Origin: the human T2T-CHM13v2.0 reference genome, Homo sapiens
Length of the DNA: 64,000 bases
NCBI RefSeq assembly: GCF_009914755.1
Contig: NC_060927.1
Strand: one strand, 5' to 3'
Made by a program: the position numbers and the translations under genes. This document shows positions 60,400 through 64,000 of the stretch, in pieces. Each line of letters opens with the position of its first letter. Within the stretch, counting starts at the first letter, position 1. The notes beneath the pieces were generated by a model. It worked only from the letters and a program-made list of their open reading frames with translations, ran no database searches and was not told where the DNA came from.

Positions 60400-62340
60400 T
60401 ACAAAACCTTTCACATAGCACTAAAATAAGAGGAATACTTAGGTATAAACCTAACAAAATATGTACATGATCTATATGTGGAAAACTGTAAAACCCTGAT
60501 GAAAGAAATCAAAGAGCTAAATAAATGTACATGGCTAGAAAAACTCAATATTGTCAACATGTCAGTTCTTCTCAAATTAATCTATAAATTCAACCCAATC
60601 CCAGTTAAAATCGTAGCAAGTTACTTTGTGGATATCAACAAACCAATTTTAAAGTTTATGTGGAAAGGCCAAAGGCTTCAGAGCAGCCAATACAAGCTTA
60701 AAGAAGAACAAATTTGGAGGATTGACACTATCTTAACTGAAAGACTTACTATAAGGTTACAGTAATCAAGACAGTAGGACTGGCAAAAGAATAGGAAAAA
60801 AAATCAACAGAACAGAATATAGAGCCCAGAAATAGACCCACACATGAAAAATCAACTGATCTTTGACAAAAGAGCAAAGGCAATTCAATGCAGAAACAAT
60901 AGTCATATCAACAAATGGTGCCAGAACAACTGGACATCTACATGCAAGAAAGTGAATCTAGACATAGAACTTACACCTTTCACAAAATATCAATTCAAAA
61001 TGGGTCATAGACCTAAGTGCAAAAAACAAAACTATAAAACTCTTAGAAGATAACGTAAGAGAAAATCTTGATGACGTTGAGGTTGATGATGATTTCCTAG
61101 AAACAATGCCAAAAACACAGCCTATAAAAGAAAGAATTGTTAAGTTACACTTTATTAAAACTAAAAACTTCTACTCTGTGAAAGGCACTATTAAAAGAAT
61201 AAAGAAACAAATCACAGACTGGGAGAAAATATTTTCAAAACACATATCTGGTAAAGGACGGTTATTCAAAATATACAAAGAACAGTTAGAACTCCAGAAT
61301 AAGGAAACAAACAATGCAATTTAAAAATGGGCAAAATATCTGAACATTCACCTCACCAAAGAAGATATACTGATGGAAAATATGTATTTATAAGATGTTG
61401 CACATCATACATCATTGGGGAATTACAAATTAAAATAACAAAGACATATTAGCACCTACCTATTAGAATAAAGATAACTCAAGAAACTGACAACCAAACG
61501 CTGATGAGGATGTGGAGCAATAGTAACTCTTATTCTCTGTTAGTGGGAATGCAAAATGAAATAGACACTTTGAAAGACAGCTTGGCAGTTTCTTACAAAA
61601 TTAAATATACTCTTACCATACAATCCACCAATCACATTCCTTGGTATTTAATCAAATGAGTTGAAAACTTATGTCCATACGAAAACCTGCATATGGATGT
61701 TTACAGCAGTCTTATTCATAATTACTAAAACTTGGAAGCAACCAAGATGTCCTTCTATAGGAGAATGGATAAACAAATTGTGGTATATCTATACAGTGGA
61801 ATATTATTTAGCAATAAAAAATGAGCTAGCAATCCATGAAAAAATATGGAGGAAACGTACATGCATATCACTAATTTTTTTAAAGCCAATCTGAAAATGC
61901 TACATTCTGCATGATTCTGTCTATATTACATTCTGGAAAAGGCAAAACTATGAAAGCACTAAAAATATCAGGTGTTCAGGGGAGAGAGGAAGGGATAAAT
62001 TGGTGGAGTACAGGGGACTTTTAAGGCAGTGAAACTATTCTGTGTCTATAATAGTGGATGCTATAATGGTGGGTACATGTCATTACACATTTATCAAAAC
62101 CTGTAGAATATTCAACACAAAGAGTAAACCATAATGTAAACTATAGACTTGAATTAATAACACTGCAACAATATTGACTCATCAACTGTAACAAATATAC
62201 CACATTAATCCAAAAAGTTAATAATAGGGGAGGCTGGGGAGAGAGGTAGGACAAGGAAGTGTATGAGAAATCTATACTTTCTGCTCAATTTTTCTGTAAA
62301 ACTAAAATTGCTCAAAAAATAAAGTATGTTAATTAAAAAT
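60400..62340 (+). mobile_element. Old L1 (L1MC1/2-like) ORF2 remnant plus 3'UTR
   Basis: ORF-track fragments 60478-61894 are L1 ORF2-like (e.g. KQPRCPSIGEWINKLWYI); 3'UTR 'ggcagtgaaactattctgtg...atgtaaactatagactt...aaaataaagt'. Confidence 0.92.
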
Positions 62341-62344
62341 TCTA

Positions 62345-62697
62345 ATGATTGATAAAATATATGGTGACAAAAACTGTGGTTTTAGTGACATAGTTTTAAA
62401 AATTGTATTTATCACAACAGTATCCGCAATACACTTGAGAAAACAAGTATATATGAGTAAAATATGTCTATTTTTTGCAGTCTCTAGACAACCTTGAGCG
62501 CATATATGGAGCTCTTACAAACTCCACAGACCTGAAAGAATACAGTTTAGGAATCATTGCTGAAGGCTTCATAGACTTCTCTTGATTTAATGAATGAAAC
62601 ATCTCCTTAGAAGATCGGGAGTATACTAGCAGCAGGTCAGTGTTGCTGGTGTCAAATCTCTCTTTCTTGACGCCAGGGGACTCTAATACCTTTCTCA
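62345..62697 (-). other. Candidate 3'-terminal exon of a minus-strand transcript whose upstream exons were not found
   Basis: Strong acceptor cctctcattttgtcctcccttctctgcag|TGAGAAAGG (AG at 62699-62698); possible frames end ...EKGIRVPWRQEREI* (stop 62654-62652) or ...SRDCKK* (stop 62470-62468); only variant poly(A) signals. Confidence 0.4.
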
Positions 62698-64000
62698 CTG
62701 CAGAGAAGGGAGGACAAAATGAGAGGTTTTATGTAAAAGCATCTTACAGAGTGCCTAGTACACTGTAGCTGCTCAGTAAATATTAACCAAATCTGAATCC
62801 GGTGTTGTAAAGGAGATCAATTATCAGGTGCCGGATTGGACTGACTGACATCCAATGTCTCCCCCTGGGATCTGTGACTCATGCCCCACCCCCTTTTAAT
62901 GCTTTGGAAACTCATTTTTGTTATGAGCTCAAAGCTTTGTCAACATAAGACTGAGTATGGGAAATAGCTGCAAATAGCAGGAGAAATTTTAGGTGACACC
63001 CTATCTCACCCACTTTCCTGTTCTCCGTCATATCTCATTTTCTCATGTGCACCTAAAATCTGAGACTCAAAGGAAAAACTTCAGTGGAATTCAATACATC
63101 TCAGTGTTTAAGAAGAAAGTAAAATTTGTCCTCCATAGTGATATAGTAGCAGAAAAATTATAGAAAGACACTCCAAAATTACAGTGTTCTGGAGGAATAA
63201 AATAGATGCCTCTTATAGATAACAAAGCTCTCATTGCATTTATTCACTGGCAGTATTTATTCATTTAGCTCCAACTGTGTGTGAGGCACTGACAATGCTG
63301 GGTATGGGGCTGGCTGGCACTATTTGATAAAAATGTCCTTTCCATCCTGATCCTTGTAACCTTGAGTACATAGGGATCCAACCATTCCCATCTGCTCTAC
63401 TGTGGTCCGGGAGCCTCTGCTTCCCCCATTTGTTGGGCAAATCACCAATCCTACCTTTGTAATGGTGAAAGGCCGAGAAACAAAGCTCCATGAGAAAATA
63501 TTTTAAAACTGGGGAGTTTTAATCAGTCATAAGAAAACCCAGCAAAGACATAATCCTTTATTTTGCAAATCTGAAGGACTATTATAGGGAAGGGGGTTTT
63601 CATAACTTTTTGGTGTAGAATCAAGAACAAGAATTACAAATCAGTTCTGGAAGCTGCTGGTAAACTGATGTCATCTCAGCCAAAGGGAGGATTTTTTAAC
63701 AGTGAGATGTTTCCAGATATGAAACAGACTCTGTCAGTAGCTGGTGAGTTCCCCATTATTGCAGATGTTCAGAGGTCAGATGGTCAACAGACAAGAGTTT
63801 GTAGATGAGAATATTTCAGCAAACTTGGAAACAGGGACACTGATCTTTATGACTTTACTTTCACTACAAATCTGTGTCTATGAGCATTGGCTGTATCCAT
63901 TGACTTCTGCATTACGGATCAGACCTCACAGCTGTGTCTATACATCATTTAGAGTTTGCAAAGTGATTTTCTTTACATGTTCTCATTAACTCCTCAGGAC

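Noticed and set aside
60478-61894. Run of same-strand ORFs resembling a reverse-transcriptase protein region
   Set aside because: Frameshifted remnants of L1 ORF2 in an old L1MC copy.

Overview
This is primate, human-like genomic DNA that is intergenic or intronic and dominated by interspersed repeats. It contains 18 Alu copies, one young 5'-truncated L1PA, several old L1M fragments, L2/MIR relics, MaLR/ERV LTRs and hAT DNA-transposon relics. There is no CpG island, structural RNA gene, CRISPR array or recognisable multi-exon coding gene. The ORF track is explained by Alu/L1 remnants and chance ORFs. I found no evidence for a new multi-gene biological system. The most unusual structures are: (1) a complex templated insertion inside an L2 at 47670-47858, made of an inverted copy of its own 3' flank plus a ~136-bp copy of sequence 1.5 kb upstream, with a perfect hairpin beside the donor; (2) a ~190-bp retrocopy of an mRNA 3' end with target-site duplications (TSDs) at 21340-21553; (3) a candidate minus-strand terminal exon at ~62345-62697; (4) a 29-bp hairpin-unit minisatellite with apparent higher-order structure; and (5) several candidate enhancer motif clusters. 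Repeat family names are recognised by eye from remembered consensus sequences, and boundaries of old repeats are approximate.
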